Source of the DNA: an uncultured delta proteobacterium
GTDB taxonomy: Bacteria > Desulfobacterota > Binatia > UBA9968
Reading direction: 5' to 3'
NCBI GenBank assembly: GCA_963804165.1
Contig: CAWDPO010000011.1
Location: 51,759-83,758 of the forward strand
Length of the DNA stretch: 32,000 bases
In this document: one piece after another, positions 8,693-16,928 of the stretch
Position numbering within the stretch: the first letter of the stretch is position 1
How the letters are laid out: each line of letters begins with the position of its first letter
Notes under the pieces: generated by a model
Database searches by the model: none
Seen by the model: the letters and a program-made list of their open reading frames with translations, nothing else
What the model was told of the DNA's origin: nothing
Translations under genes and position numbers: made by a program

Positions 8693-8718
8693 GTCGGGTT
8701 GGCTCAGCGTAACCCGAC
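8693..8718. repeat. REP-like palindrome 5' of RAYT gene
   Basis: GTCGGGTT-GGCTCAGCGT-AACCCGAC, perfect 8-bp inverted repeat ending 17 bp before the RAYT ATG. Confidence 0.65.
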
Positions 8719-8734
8719 GACTCCGATCGTACCG

Positions 8735-9043
8735 ATGCAATATCGCCGCCCTTTCGTTCCTGGTGGCACTTTCTTTTTCACGGTGGTGACAGCGGACCGT
8801 AAACCGGTGTTCGCCGAGCAAAAGAACGTCACTACGTTGCGGGAGGCCTTTCGCACGATTCGGTTGCGGCGGCCATTTAAACTGGATGCGGCCGTGGTTT
8901 TACGGGATCACTTGCATTGTATCTGGACGCTACCTTCCGGCGACGCAGATTTCGCGACTCGTTGGCGGTTGATCAAGACGTGGTTTACCAAGCATTGCGG
9001 TTCCGATACGTCGTCGGGGTACGCGAAGCTAACCCGAAGCTAA
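8735..9043 (+). pseudogene. REP-associated tyrosine transposase (RAYT, IS200-like HUH family), 3'-truncated
   Basis: MQYRRPFVPGGTFFFTVVTADRKPVFAEQKNVTTLREAFRTIRLRRPFKLDAAVVLRDHLHCIWTLPSGDADFATRWRLIKTWFTKHCG; HLH motif present; the expected C-terminal third is missing. Confidence 0.85.
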
Positions 9044-9056
9044 CCCGAAGCTAACC
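9025..9056 (+). repeat. Short tandem repeat GAAGCTAACCC, about 2.9 copies
   Basis: 9025-9035, 9036-9046, 9047-9056 directly read; overlaps a REP-like sequence and the new C-terminus of the RAYT ORF. Confidence 0.9.
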
Positions 9057-9083
9057 TTTTTTTAGCAACCTGCCAGGGCTAGC

Positions 9084-9274
9084 CTAGTGTCCTGTTCAGA
9101 AGTTCGCTGCATAATTGCCGCGCCACCAGTAGCCACAAATCTCCCTTGCCCTCTTTTGCAAAGAGGGTTAAGACGTTCGGAGAAAATTCCCAGAGGAACG
9201 GAAGGATTTGAGCGCGACTCCAGCCGCCATTCACTATTTGTACTTTTAAATGAACTTCTGGGTCAGAACACTAG
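9084..9274. mobile_element. MITE-like non-autonomous element, copy A (191 bp)
   Basis: Terminal inverted repeats CTAGTGTCCTG-TTCAGAAGTTC / GAACTTCTGGGTCAGAACACTAG; internal hairpin CCCTCTTTTGCAAAGAGGG (9149-9167); homologous to 26515-26721. Confidence 0.8.
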
Positions 9275-9700
9275 ACGGTTTCTCCGATCGGGCCCGTGTG
9301 CATCGGCTCGTTGACGGCATCGTCCGGAACCTCACTGCGTAGGGCCTGAAGAATGTTGCGCGCAGCGCGAAGCTCTATCTGGCGCCGAACCTCGTCCACC
9401 GCGGAGCCAAGGTGCGGTGTAAATAGCGTTTGAGACGGGTTATTGAGAAGGGTTTGCGGAATCGACTTGAGGTGGTCTTGCCGTTGCACGTCTTCGAGAA
9501 TACGCCCGCGGTATAGCCCGCGAGCTTACCCGACTCCAGAGCCCGTGCCACGGCACCTTCGTCGACCACTGATCCGCGACCGATGTTCACGAGACAACTG
9601 CCGGGCTTCATGGCAGCAAGCGTCACATCATTGATCAAGTGGAAGGTGCCGTCGAGCAGCGGCGCCGCCAGAAATCCTTGTCTTAAAGCAAGCGGATCCG
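9271..9700 (-). pseudogene. D-isomer specific 2-hydroxyacid dehydrogenase fragment (C-terminal half, frameshifted)
   Basis: Minus strand: ...[54 protein letters not shown] then in another frame [58 protein letters not shown]-terminal half absent. The stop codon lies inside the MITE terminus. Confidence 0.8.
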
Positions 9701-9741
9701 CATCAATACATGGTGGAAATATACCTGCTCGTCAGGATTCT

Positions 9742-11010
9742 CTAGCGCTCGGTGACAAGTATTTTCCCGCTCATATAGGGGTGGATTGAACAGAGATAAT
9801 CATAAGCGCCGGGGCGATCGAAATTCGCGCTGTAACTGGAGCCCGGCATCACTGTGTCCGAGGCATGCGCCATTCTTCACGGCGATGCTGTGCGGCGCGC
9901 CATCGTCATTGAGCCAAGTCACCGTTTCTCCTGAGGTCACTTCGAGAAGCGCGGGATTAAAAGCGAACCCACTGATCGTCACCCGCCGACTCGAAGATCG
10001 TTGCTGCGGTCGCTGCCGTTTGCACCACAATCTTTCGCGGCGCATTGCCGACTGGCGATATTGGTCACTGTGCCGCTCTCGAGATCGACGATGGACACAT
10101 CGTTGGAGTCTTCGTTGGTCGTAAGCGCGGTTTTTCCGCCAGGCCCGCCCGCCACCCAATGGGGCCGCGAGCCGACTTTGATCGATTTCTCAACGCTGTT
10201 TGTCTGCGGATTGAAAACGGCGAGCAGGCTCGGGCCTTGAACCGCGGTGAGACCGCGTTTGCCATCCGCCGTGAAGTTCGCGTAATGCGGCGAGACGCCC
10301 ACAGGGATTTCGCCGACGATTTTATTGCCTGCTCGGATCGACCACGACCACGGAATCAATGCCCGCCTGGGTGATATATAGGTGTCTTCCGCCGGGGCCG
10401 AACTCCAATCCGCGCGGGGTCTTTTCCAGAGGTACGCGTATTCGTGAGCTTGCGATCCGCCAGGTCGATGATCGCGAGCGAGAACTTGCCCGGTGATTGT
10501 GATCCAACATAGGCGAGCCGTCCATTTGGATGGACGGCGATGTTGTGCGGCTTGCCCACTGCAACGCTGCCGACCACTTTGCGAGTGGTGGTATCGATGA
10601 GAGCGACTGAATCGGTGTCGTACACCCCGACCAGGACAAACTTGCCGTCCGGGCTCGACTGCAACGCCGTGGGGGTTTTTGCCCACTTCGATGTTTTCGA
10701 CCAGCTTGTCCGTCGCCGTATCGATGACGCTGACGGTCGATGCGCCGTCGCTGGCAACATAGACCCAGCGGTTATCGGCCGTAATGGCGATGCCATGGGG
10801 GCCGGGCGGAACCGGGATGGTTGCCGTGACTCGCTTCAGCTCAACGTCAATGACGCTGATCGTATTGTCCTTAAAATTGCCGACGTAAGCTTTAGGTCCG
10901 GCGGCGATGGCGGCACTGGCGGTGAGAAATATCGCTGCCAGTAACAGAATTGTAACCGAGCAGCCATTGCGAAAAAATGGGATTTGGTCAAAGTTGGCTT
11001 TTTGCGACAT
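9742..11010 (-). pseudogene. YVTN-family beta-propeller protein with C-terminal cupredoxin (plastocyanin-like) domain; multiple frameshifts
   Basis: MSQKANFDQIPFFRNGCSVTILLLAAIFLTASAAIAAGPKAYVGNFKDNTISVIDVELKRVTATIPVPPGPHGIAITADNRWVYVAS..., then FVLVGVYDTDSVALIDTTTRKVVGSVAVGKPHNIAVHPNGRLAYVG, GLEFGPGGRHLYITQAGIDSVVVVDP, NKIVGEIPVGVSPHYANFTADGKRGL, VTISGFAFNPALLEVTSGETVTWLNDDGAPHSI and MPGSSYSANFDRPGAYDYLCSIHPYMSGKILVTER* across different minus-strand frames. Confidence 0.75.
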
Positions 11011-11144
11011 GTCATCTACCTCAATGTAACTTAGAATTTGCATGAGCTACTGGTAGGACTAGGGCAGAAATATTTTATTCCATGGCGTAATTTCGGGAAT
11101 AATATCGTTTCCCGAATGGTCTACATTATAATAGGGGAATCGGG

Positions 11145-11711
11145 TTGGATTCGGACAACAAGAAAGCTCGTTTCGAGAATAGCGTGTCGCCGCATGTCGA
11201 TGCCGCGTACAATTTAGCCCGCTGGCTCACCCGCAACGAGCACGATGCGCAGGATGTGGTCGCAAGAGGCGATGCTCCGCGCGTTTAAATTTTTCGATGG
11301 TTTTCGCGGCGCGGATGCGCGTTCATGGGTGCTCAAGATCGTCCGAAATACATGCTTCACATGGCTTCAGGCCAACCGTCCCAATGAGATCGTCGGAACC
11401 GTCCCGAATGAGTTGGACGAATTGCCAGACGTTACTGCCGCCGCCGTTCTGTTCCGGGTCGGCCGATGATCCGGAGACCCTCGCGCTGCGCCGGACTACG
11501 GCTGCACAGATCGATAAGGCGCTATCCGCATTGTCGGCCCCGTTGCTCGAAGTCGTCGTTTTGCGGGAGTTGGAAGGGCTCTCGTACAAGGAGATTGCAA
11601 CGGTGATCGATGCGCCGATAGGGACAGTGATGTCACGGCTGGCGCGGGCTCGAGCGGAATCTGCGGCGTATTCTCGCCGGCTCGCAGTGTTTCGTGGGAG
11701 CAAGAAAATGA
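11145..11711 (+). CDS. ECF-type RNA polymerase sigma factor, with apparent frameshifts
   Basis: AAYNLARWLTRNEHDAQDVV | QEAMLRAFKFFDGFRGADARSWVLKIVRNTCFTWLQ ... | ...QIDKALSALSAPLLEVVVLRELEGLSYKEIATVIDAPIGTVMSRLARARA | ERNLRRILAGSQCFVGARK*. Sigma region 2 and region 4 signatures. Start coordinate (TTG) uncertain. Confidence 0.8.
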
Positions 11712-12476
11712 CGCCGGAGACGAATGTGCGTGCTATTGCACGCCTATATTGACGGCGAACTCGATGCCGCCTCGACCATCGAGTTGGAGTCTCGGCTTAA
11801 GGCGTCCACGGCATTGCGGCAGGAATTGGCGCGCTTGACCGCTTTACAGCGGTCCGTGCAGAATCACGCCACGCGTTTCAACGCTCCGTCCGGCCTTACT
11901 GAAGGTTCGTTTGCGGAGATCCCCGCGGTTCAACCCAAAGCAATTCCTGTCGGCGTTCCGCCTTGGTGGCGTACGCTCGCGATCGGAACGAGCATCGCTG
12001 CTGTGGCGCTTTTGGTTTGGAGTCTCTCTTCGATCTTTGTCGGTCGTGAAACGAATTCTGTCCAATTGGAGGAGGTCGTCAGCGCGCACGTCCGCTCTCT
12101 GCTCGCGGATCATCTGACGGATCTTGCGTCCGCGGAACGCCACTCGGTCAAGCCGTGGCTGTCCAACCGTCTCGATTTCGCGCCGCCGGTTCTCGATCTC
12201 GCAAACGAAGGCTTTTCGCTCGCGGGCGGCCGGTTGGATTATCTTGGAGGAAAGCCGGCGGCGGCAATCGTCTACCGTTATCGGCAGCACATTATCAATG
12301 TTTTTGTCTCGCCATCGCTAACAAACGACAGCTCGATTCGAGCTTTGACTCACCGCGGTTATAATACGGCCAAATTCGAGTCCAATGGCATGAGTTACTG
12401 GGCTGTATCCGACTTGAATCCGGACGACCTGGGCAAACTCGCCAACCTGCTCCAACACCCACCGGTCACGAAGTAA
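11708..12476 (+). CDS. Putative transmembrane anti-sigma factor (zf-HC2-like N-terminus)
   Basis: ATGA overlap with the sigma gene; MTPETN | CVLLHAYIDGELDAASTIELESRLKASTALRQELARL... ; single TM WWRTLAIGTSIAAVALLVWSL. A frameshift near 11722 is needed to join the start. Confidence 0.7.
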
Positions 12477-12491
12477 AGCCGCGTCGGCAGT

Positions 12492-12824
12492 TTATTGGAA
12501 ATGCGCGTTCGACCCCGACGATTCCGTTTCCCAAACTCGCAAGCATTTGCGTATGCTCTGAGCGTCCAAACCGAGCACCGCGCAGATCGACTCGAAGGAA
12601 AATAATCCGTCACGATCGTTGCCAAAAAACCATTCTCGATCGTCAATCAATGATTTTTTTGGGTTGCGCAGGCGTTTCCGATAATTCAGCAAAGCATCCT
12701 TTAAAACCGCCAGCATGAGATCTTGTTCCGGGTGCCCGTGGTCGTTGCGCTTGACGGTGTCCCAATAATTGGCGTTGGCGCAGTCGTCGATATCCGGACG
12801 ATGAATCGTCGATTCGAAGTCCAT
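12492..12824 (-). CDS. Hypothetical protein
   Basis: 110 aa ORF MDFESTIHRPDIDD...SLIDDREWFFGNDRDGLFSFESICAVLGLDAQSIRKCLRVWE; compact, HTH-like 'SFESICAVLGLDAQSIRKCL' segment. Confidence 0.6.
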   Translation of the reverse strand: MDFESTIHRPDIDDCANANYWDTVKRNDHGHPEQDLMLAVLKDALLNYRKRLRNPKKSLIDDREWFFGNDRDGLFSFESICAVLGLDAQSIRKCLRVWETESSGSNAHFQ

Positions 12825-13234
12825 GGGTTGCTCCTTTCAATCGAGTTCGGATGCCGCGTTCAAAATCCCGGCGGCGCTGAATCTTAGACCGGCGCAATCT
12901 TGAACGTTCAGCAAGGGCGACACTATGTGCGGCGGAAGGTTAAGCGGAGATTAAGCGAATGCAAAATTTTGGCCTTGGCAATTGACCTTGCGGTTCTGGG
13001 CGTCACCCGGCGTGAATCTTCCAACGAGCGGCCATCAGCGAACCTGTATGACTGAATCGCCTCCAAGCCGACCGGATTGCCGATCGGGAAAAATCCATTG
13101 GCTCCGATCCGGTTGTTGGCGCTGAAATCAATCCGGCGGTCCATGGTTCCGGAGCGCTTCAAGAACATTTCACACGCTGTTAAATAAAATGAAATTTTAG
13201 ATCTTTAGTGTGTCCCTGAAAGAGGGAAAGTCAC

Positions 13235-13771
13235 GTGAGCAAAGATCAACTCATCCTGTCGGTCAGGTGGATGGCGGATCGCGAGATTGCCGTCTGTGGA
13301 ATTCTCAATCGCATATCCCACCCGCCCAAGGTCAAGAAGTTTTTTGTCGTCATCAGTTGGCTTGGTGACGGCGGGGCTTGGTACGCGCTGATTCTGGCGC
13401 TGCCGTTAATTTACGGCCAGAGCGGCTTACCGACATCCTTCGCTATGGTCAAGGTCGGTGTGGTTAATCTGCTGCTTTACAAAGTCATCAAACATCTCAC
13501 CGGTCGTCCGCGACCCTGCGCGATTAGCCCGAACATCACGGTTGGAACAGCGCCGCTCGATCAATACAGCTTTCCTTCGGGCCACACGATGCACGCGGTG
13601 GCTTTCTCTATCGTTGTAACAGCGGATCATGCGGAGCTGGCCTGGGTGCTCGTCCCATTCAGCAGTCTGATTGCGTTGTCGCGCATTGTGCTCGGTCTGC
13701 ATTACCCGACCGACGTGATTGCCGGCGGCCTAATCGGCGGATACGTCGTATCAGTTTTGATGACGGCGTAG
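13235..13771 (+). CDS. PAP2 family phosphatase
   Basis: Three PAP2 motifs: KHLTGRPRP, PSGHTMHA, SRIVLGLHYPTD; multi-TM. Confidence 0.9.
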   Translation: MSKDQLILSVRWMADREIAVCGILNRISHPPKVKKFFVVISWLGDGGAWYALILALPLIYGQSGLPTSFAMVKVGVVNLLLYKVIKHLTGRPRPCAISPNITVGTAPLDQYSFPSGHTMHAVAFSIVVTADHAELAWVLVPFSSLIALSRIVLGLHYPTDVIAGGLIGGYVVSVLMTA

Positions 13772-14050
13772 AGCCGGAAGGGGGAAATGTATGCTAGACG
13801 CAGCGGATCTACTCGATCAATCCGCGGGCAGAGCGCTACTTTCGTCTGATGATTTTCCACTTCATCCACCGCGCGACGGTGGCGCCGCGAAATTCGACGC
13901 CCCATGCGGTGCCTGACAGCAGTCCGCCGAAGCGGACTTGCCAACGTCGGCGCCGATGCCGATCGGCACTGAGATTAAGGTGTCGGGGAAATATCATAAT
14001 GGTCCTGTCGAATGTGTCGGGCGCATGGGGATGCCGGCAAAAGTTAGAAA

Positions 14051-14587
14051 TTAGCGCTCCAAGTACGCGCCGAGGATGTAATAAACGGTCTCAAGAGCCG
14101 GAACCAGATACCAATCGTCATGCGGGAATCGCATGACCAAGAAAAAGCCCCAGATGGAAAGTAATGTGCCGATGTATTGCGGATGATCGAGCAGCGAGAA
14201 GGGAAACTTTTGGCACCAGCGAACGGCGTAGCCGAACTTGTCACCGTAGAACACTCCGACTTTGCCGAGTCGATAGAACACTCCGATGTTTAGAATTTGG
14301 CCCGTGACGATCAAGACCCCTCCTAAAGCAAGGGACGACACGCTTCCAGCGAGCGGCAAAATTGATCCGTTGCCAAAGACAAAGCACCAGCCGATGAACA
14401 CCGCGCCTTGAAGCACCTTGAAGCAAAAAAAGAGGAACCGTAACGCATCGACCGGATCCTCGATGCGTGCGAGCGCGGGACGCGCGCAAAGGACGCGAAA
14501 ATCCGCGGGCTTGCGCCAGATCCATAGGTAGCAGATCCGCTCAAGGCTCAATAATATCGCGGCGCCGAAAAAGACCCATGGATTCAC
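14051..14587 (-). CDS. Integral-membrane PEMT/isoprenylcysteine-methyltransferase-like protein
   Basis: 178 aa multi-TM; GQILNIGVFYRLGKVGVFYGDKFGYAVRWCQKFPFSLLDHPQYIGTLLSIWGFFLVMRFP resembles the SAM-binding C-terminal region of the PEMT/ICMT fold. Confidence 0.65.
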   Translation of the reverse strand: MNPWVFFGAAILLSLERICYLWIWRKPADFRVLCARPALARIEDPVDALRFLFFCFKVLQGAVFIGWCFVFGNGSILPLAGSVSSLALGGVLIVTGQILNIGVFYRLGKVGVFYGDKFGYAVRWCQKFPFSLLDHPQYIGTLLSIWGFFLVMRFPHDDWYLVPALETVYYILGAYLER

Positions 14588-14626
14588 TGGACAGAGCTGC
14601 TTCGATCCAAGGATGTCGAAACCGTG

Positions 14627-16891
14627 TTAGGCGCTCTGGCGCCGGGGGAAATAGGCGACGATATCGGTCAATGGATCGGTGATCAGCTTGATGAACCAAA
14701 TCATCGAAATGCGAAAGTCGTGCTTCCACACCAGATAAACCACGCGCCCGAGGACCACCGCCAGGGTCCACAGAAACCAATTCAGCGCCACTGCGGCGAT
14801 CGTCGAGGTGAAGCCGTCCACCGTCCAATCGCCGGCTTGCGCCACATGGAACACTGGAATCAACAGATAGCCGAGGACGATCAGCGTCTTGTTGCGCGTG
14901 TTGTATCCTAAGAGTAATTTTTCCTTGTCATGACACGCGGGCTCCAAGATCGCATGACCGAACTGCCGCACAAAAAGGGCCGCCAACCCCAAACACATCG
15001 CGATGGTGAGATCGGAAAACGCCAGAACATAGCAGTAGATGAAGACACTCGAGCTCAACAGATGGAAGAATTGGTTTACGCCGTTGCTATGGGACGCGTG
15101 ATGATCATCATGTTTTCGTTGCATCACTTCGGCATAAAACGTCCGTAGGGGTTCTGGAGTTCGTACCAGACTGCCTAACATTTCTCGCATAAGACGAGCG
15201 CGCATAATTTTCTCCCTTCCCGGATATTGATCCGCGGTCAACCACCACGCGTCGATCTTCATCGAGTGCGCGGCGTTGAGCAGCTTTGCCTGCAAGTCAT
15301 TGTAGTCTGCCACAGTAAAATCCATGCTGCTTAAGCATCGGCCGGTGCCCACCCAACTAAGCGTCACGCCTTCGGCGCGGAGATAATACTGCAGCAGCCA
15401 GTTATAGCGACTCGGTTCCTTGAAGAGCACGGTCCATACCGTCGCGAGATTCACGACGCGCAAGGGTAACGCCGCGTCGGCGAGTTTCTGATTGGTCGAG
15501 TGCACCCATTCCGCGCAACGCTGATTGGACTCGTCATACAGTTTCACCGTGGCAGGCTCTACCACCCAGCGCAAAAATTCGTTCATCGCTCCCATCACCG
15601 CCGGATGCCCGGAAAACGTGCCGACAACGTAAGCGATGCGCATGGGATGCGCGGGATCGAAACGGCGCATGAGAGTTTTATTGCCGCACACCACGCCGAT
15701 GGGCAGGCCGCCGGCCACCGTTTTGCCGTACACGACCATATCCGCGCGCACGCCGAAGTATTCCTGTGCGCCACCCGGTGAGAGGCGAAAGCCGGTATAA
15801 ACTTCGTCGAAGATCAGTGGAATATCGCAGGCGCTGCACACCTCGCGTAGTTGGCGCAGCCACTGAGCGTAGCGCTCGGTGGAATCCTGGGTTTTACGCA
15901 CGTCGCTGGTGAGTAACACCGCATCATTGGGCGGTGGGGAATTAGGATGGAACGACTGCACCGGGTTGACCAGCACCCCGGCGATTTCTTTTGCCCGCCG
16001 GCGAATGACGGCGAGCGAGGCCGGATTGACGTCCTTGAGCGTGAGGCAATCATCGAGGGGGCGTTCACTCCCCAGTCCTGGCTGCACGCCGTCCCACCAG
16101 CCATGATAAGCCCCGGAAAAACAGACGACCAGTTTTCTCCGCGTATTGAACCGCGCCATGCGCACCGCGGCCATTACGGCTTCAGTGCCGCTCATATGAA
16201 ACGACACTTCGTCCAGGTGCGAAACATTCTTGAGCATAGCGATGTTGTCGGCGACGACCGGATGCACCGGGCCCAGGACCGGACCGAGATCTTTCACGCG
16301 TTCCCAGCCCTTCTGTATCCATTCTTTATAGCGGTCGAACCCGGCCACGTTGACGCCATAGGAGCCACTGACATCGATGGTCCAATGGCCATCGAGAGTT
16401 TGCAGGCGCGGGCCTTTTGAAGCCGTCACCACCGAGCAAAGATTGAATTTTTCCCGCATGACGCGCACAAACGGGAACGGTACGCGATTGGCGTCGGTGA
16501 AGCGCAGATCCGAGAAGCTCTCGCGGACCGCATTCGCCCAGGCGATGGACTGGTGATGCTGCGTTTGCAGAAACGTCGCCAGGCGATCAAGAGCTTTCTT
16601 GCGACGGTCAACCCAACTGTCTCCCGCTCCGTCAGCGCGCAAGAATTCTTCCTCCGTGTAATCGCGCGATTTCACCCAGTGCGACAGTTGCCGCGAAAGC
16701 GCCGGCATCCATGCCAGCGCCGGCAAAGTCATGAGAAATCGAATCAGCCTTTGCCCGGCGTAAGTTAGGAAAAACAGACAAAGAATAATTCCGAAGAAAA
16801 GCCAGCCGTCGAACAAAGCGAGCCGGCACGCCGCTGTCGAGCTCGCGTCAAGGCACACCGTCCATCTTTGCAAAGCTTCGTCGAAAATCAT
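14627..16891 (-). CDS. Membrane-associated class-III PLP aminotransferase (glutamate-1-semialdehyde aminotransferase-like) with C-terminal membrane domain resembling Mpo1/DUF962
   Basis: 754 aa intact ORF. N-terminal TM; VSFHMSGTEAVMAAVRMARFNTRRKLVVCFSGAYHGWWD; PLIFDEVYTGFRLSPGGAQEYFGVRADMVVYGKTVAGGLPIGVVCG (PLP Lys). C-terminus HHASHSNGVNQFFHLLSSSVFIYCYVLAF...LFVRQFGHAILEPACHDKEKLLLGYNTRNK plus TMs. Confidence 0.85.
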   Translation of the reverse strand: MIFDEALQRWTVCLDASSTAACRLALFDGWLFFGIILCLFFLTYAGQRLIRFLMTLPALAWMPALSRQLSHWVKSRDYTEEEFLRADGAGDSWVDRRKKALDRLATFLQTQHHQSIAWANAVRESFSDLRFTDANRVPFPFVRVMREKFNLCSVVTASKGPRLQTLDGHWTIDVSGSYGVNVAGFDRYKEWIQKGWERVKDLGPVLGPVHPVVADNIAMLKNVSHLDEVSFHMSGTEAVMAAVRMARFNTRRKLVVCFSGAYHGWWDGVQPGLGSERPLDDCLTLKDVNPASLAVIRRRAKEIAGVLVNPVQSFHPNSPPPNDAVLLTSDVRKTQDSTERYAQWLRQLREVCSACDIPLIFDEVYTGFRLSPGGAQEYFGVRADMVVYGKTVAGGLPIGVVCGNKTLMRRFDPAHPMRIAYVVGTFSGHPAVMGAMNEFLRWVVEPATVKLYDESNQRCAEWVHSTNQKLADAALPLRVVNLATVWTVLFKEPSRYNWLLQYYLRAEGVTLSWVGTGRCLSSMDFTVADYNDLQAKLLNAAHSMKIDAWWLTADQYPGREKIMRARLMREMLGSLVRTPEPLRTFYAEVMQRKHDDHHASHSNGVNQFFHLLSSSVFIYCYVLAFSDLTIAMCLGLAALFVRQFGHAILEPACHDKEKLLLGYNTRNKTLIVLGYLLIPVFHVAQAGDWTVDGFTSTIAAVALNWFLWTLAVVLGRVVYLVWKHDFRISMIWFIKLITDPLTDIVAYFPRRQSA

Positions 16892-16928
16892 CTCTCAATT
16901 CCTCCCGCGAATGTAGATCTTGACCATT

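Noticed and set aside
9025-9056. Possible CRISPR-like array
   Set aside because: Three 11-bp units without spacers; a short tandem repeat of REP origin, not CRISPR.
9583-9789. 68-aa plus-strand ORF
   Set aside because: Overlaps minus-strand hydroxyacid dehydrogenase remnant and the cupredoxin C-terminus; no independent support.
10540-10944. 134-aa plus-strand ORF
   Set aside because: Antisense to the beta-propeller gene, low plausibility sequence.
13770-14040. Possible coding remnant after PAP2 (RIYSINPRAERYFRLMIFHFIHRATVAPR)
   Set aside because: Short, no recognised family motif, and frame quickly lost; not enough evidence to call.
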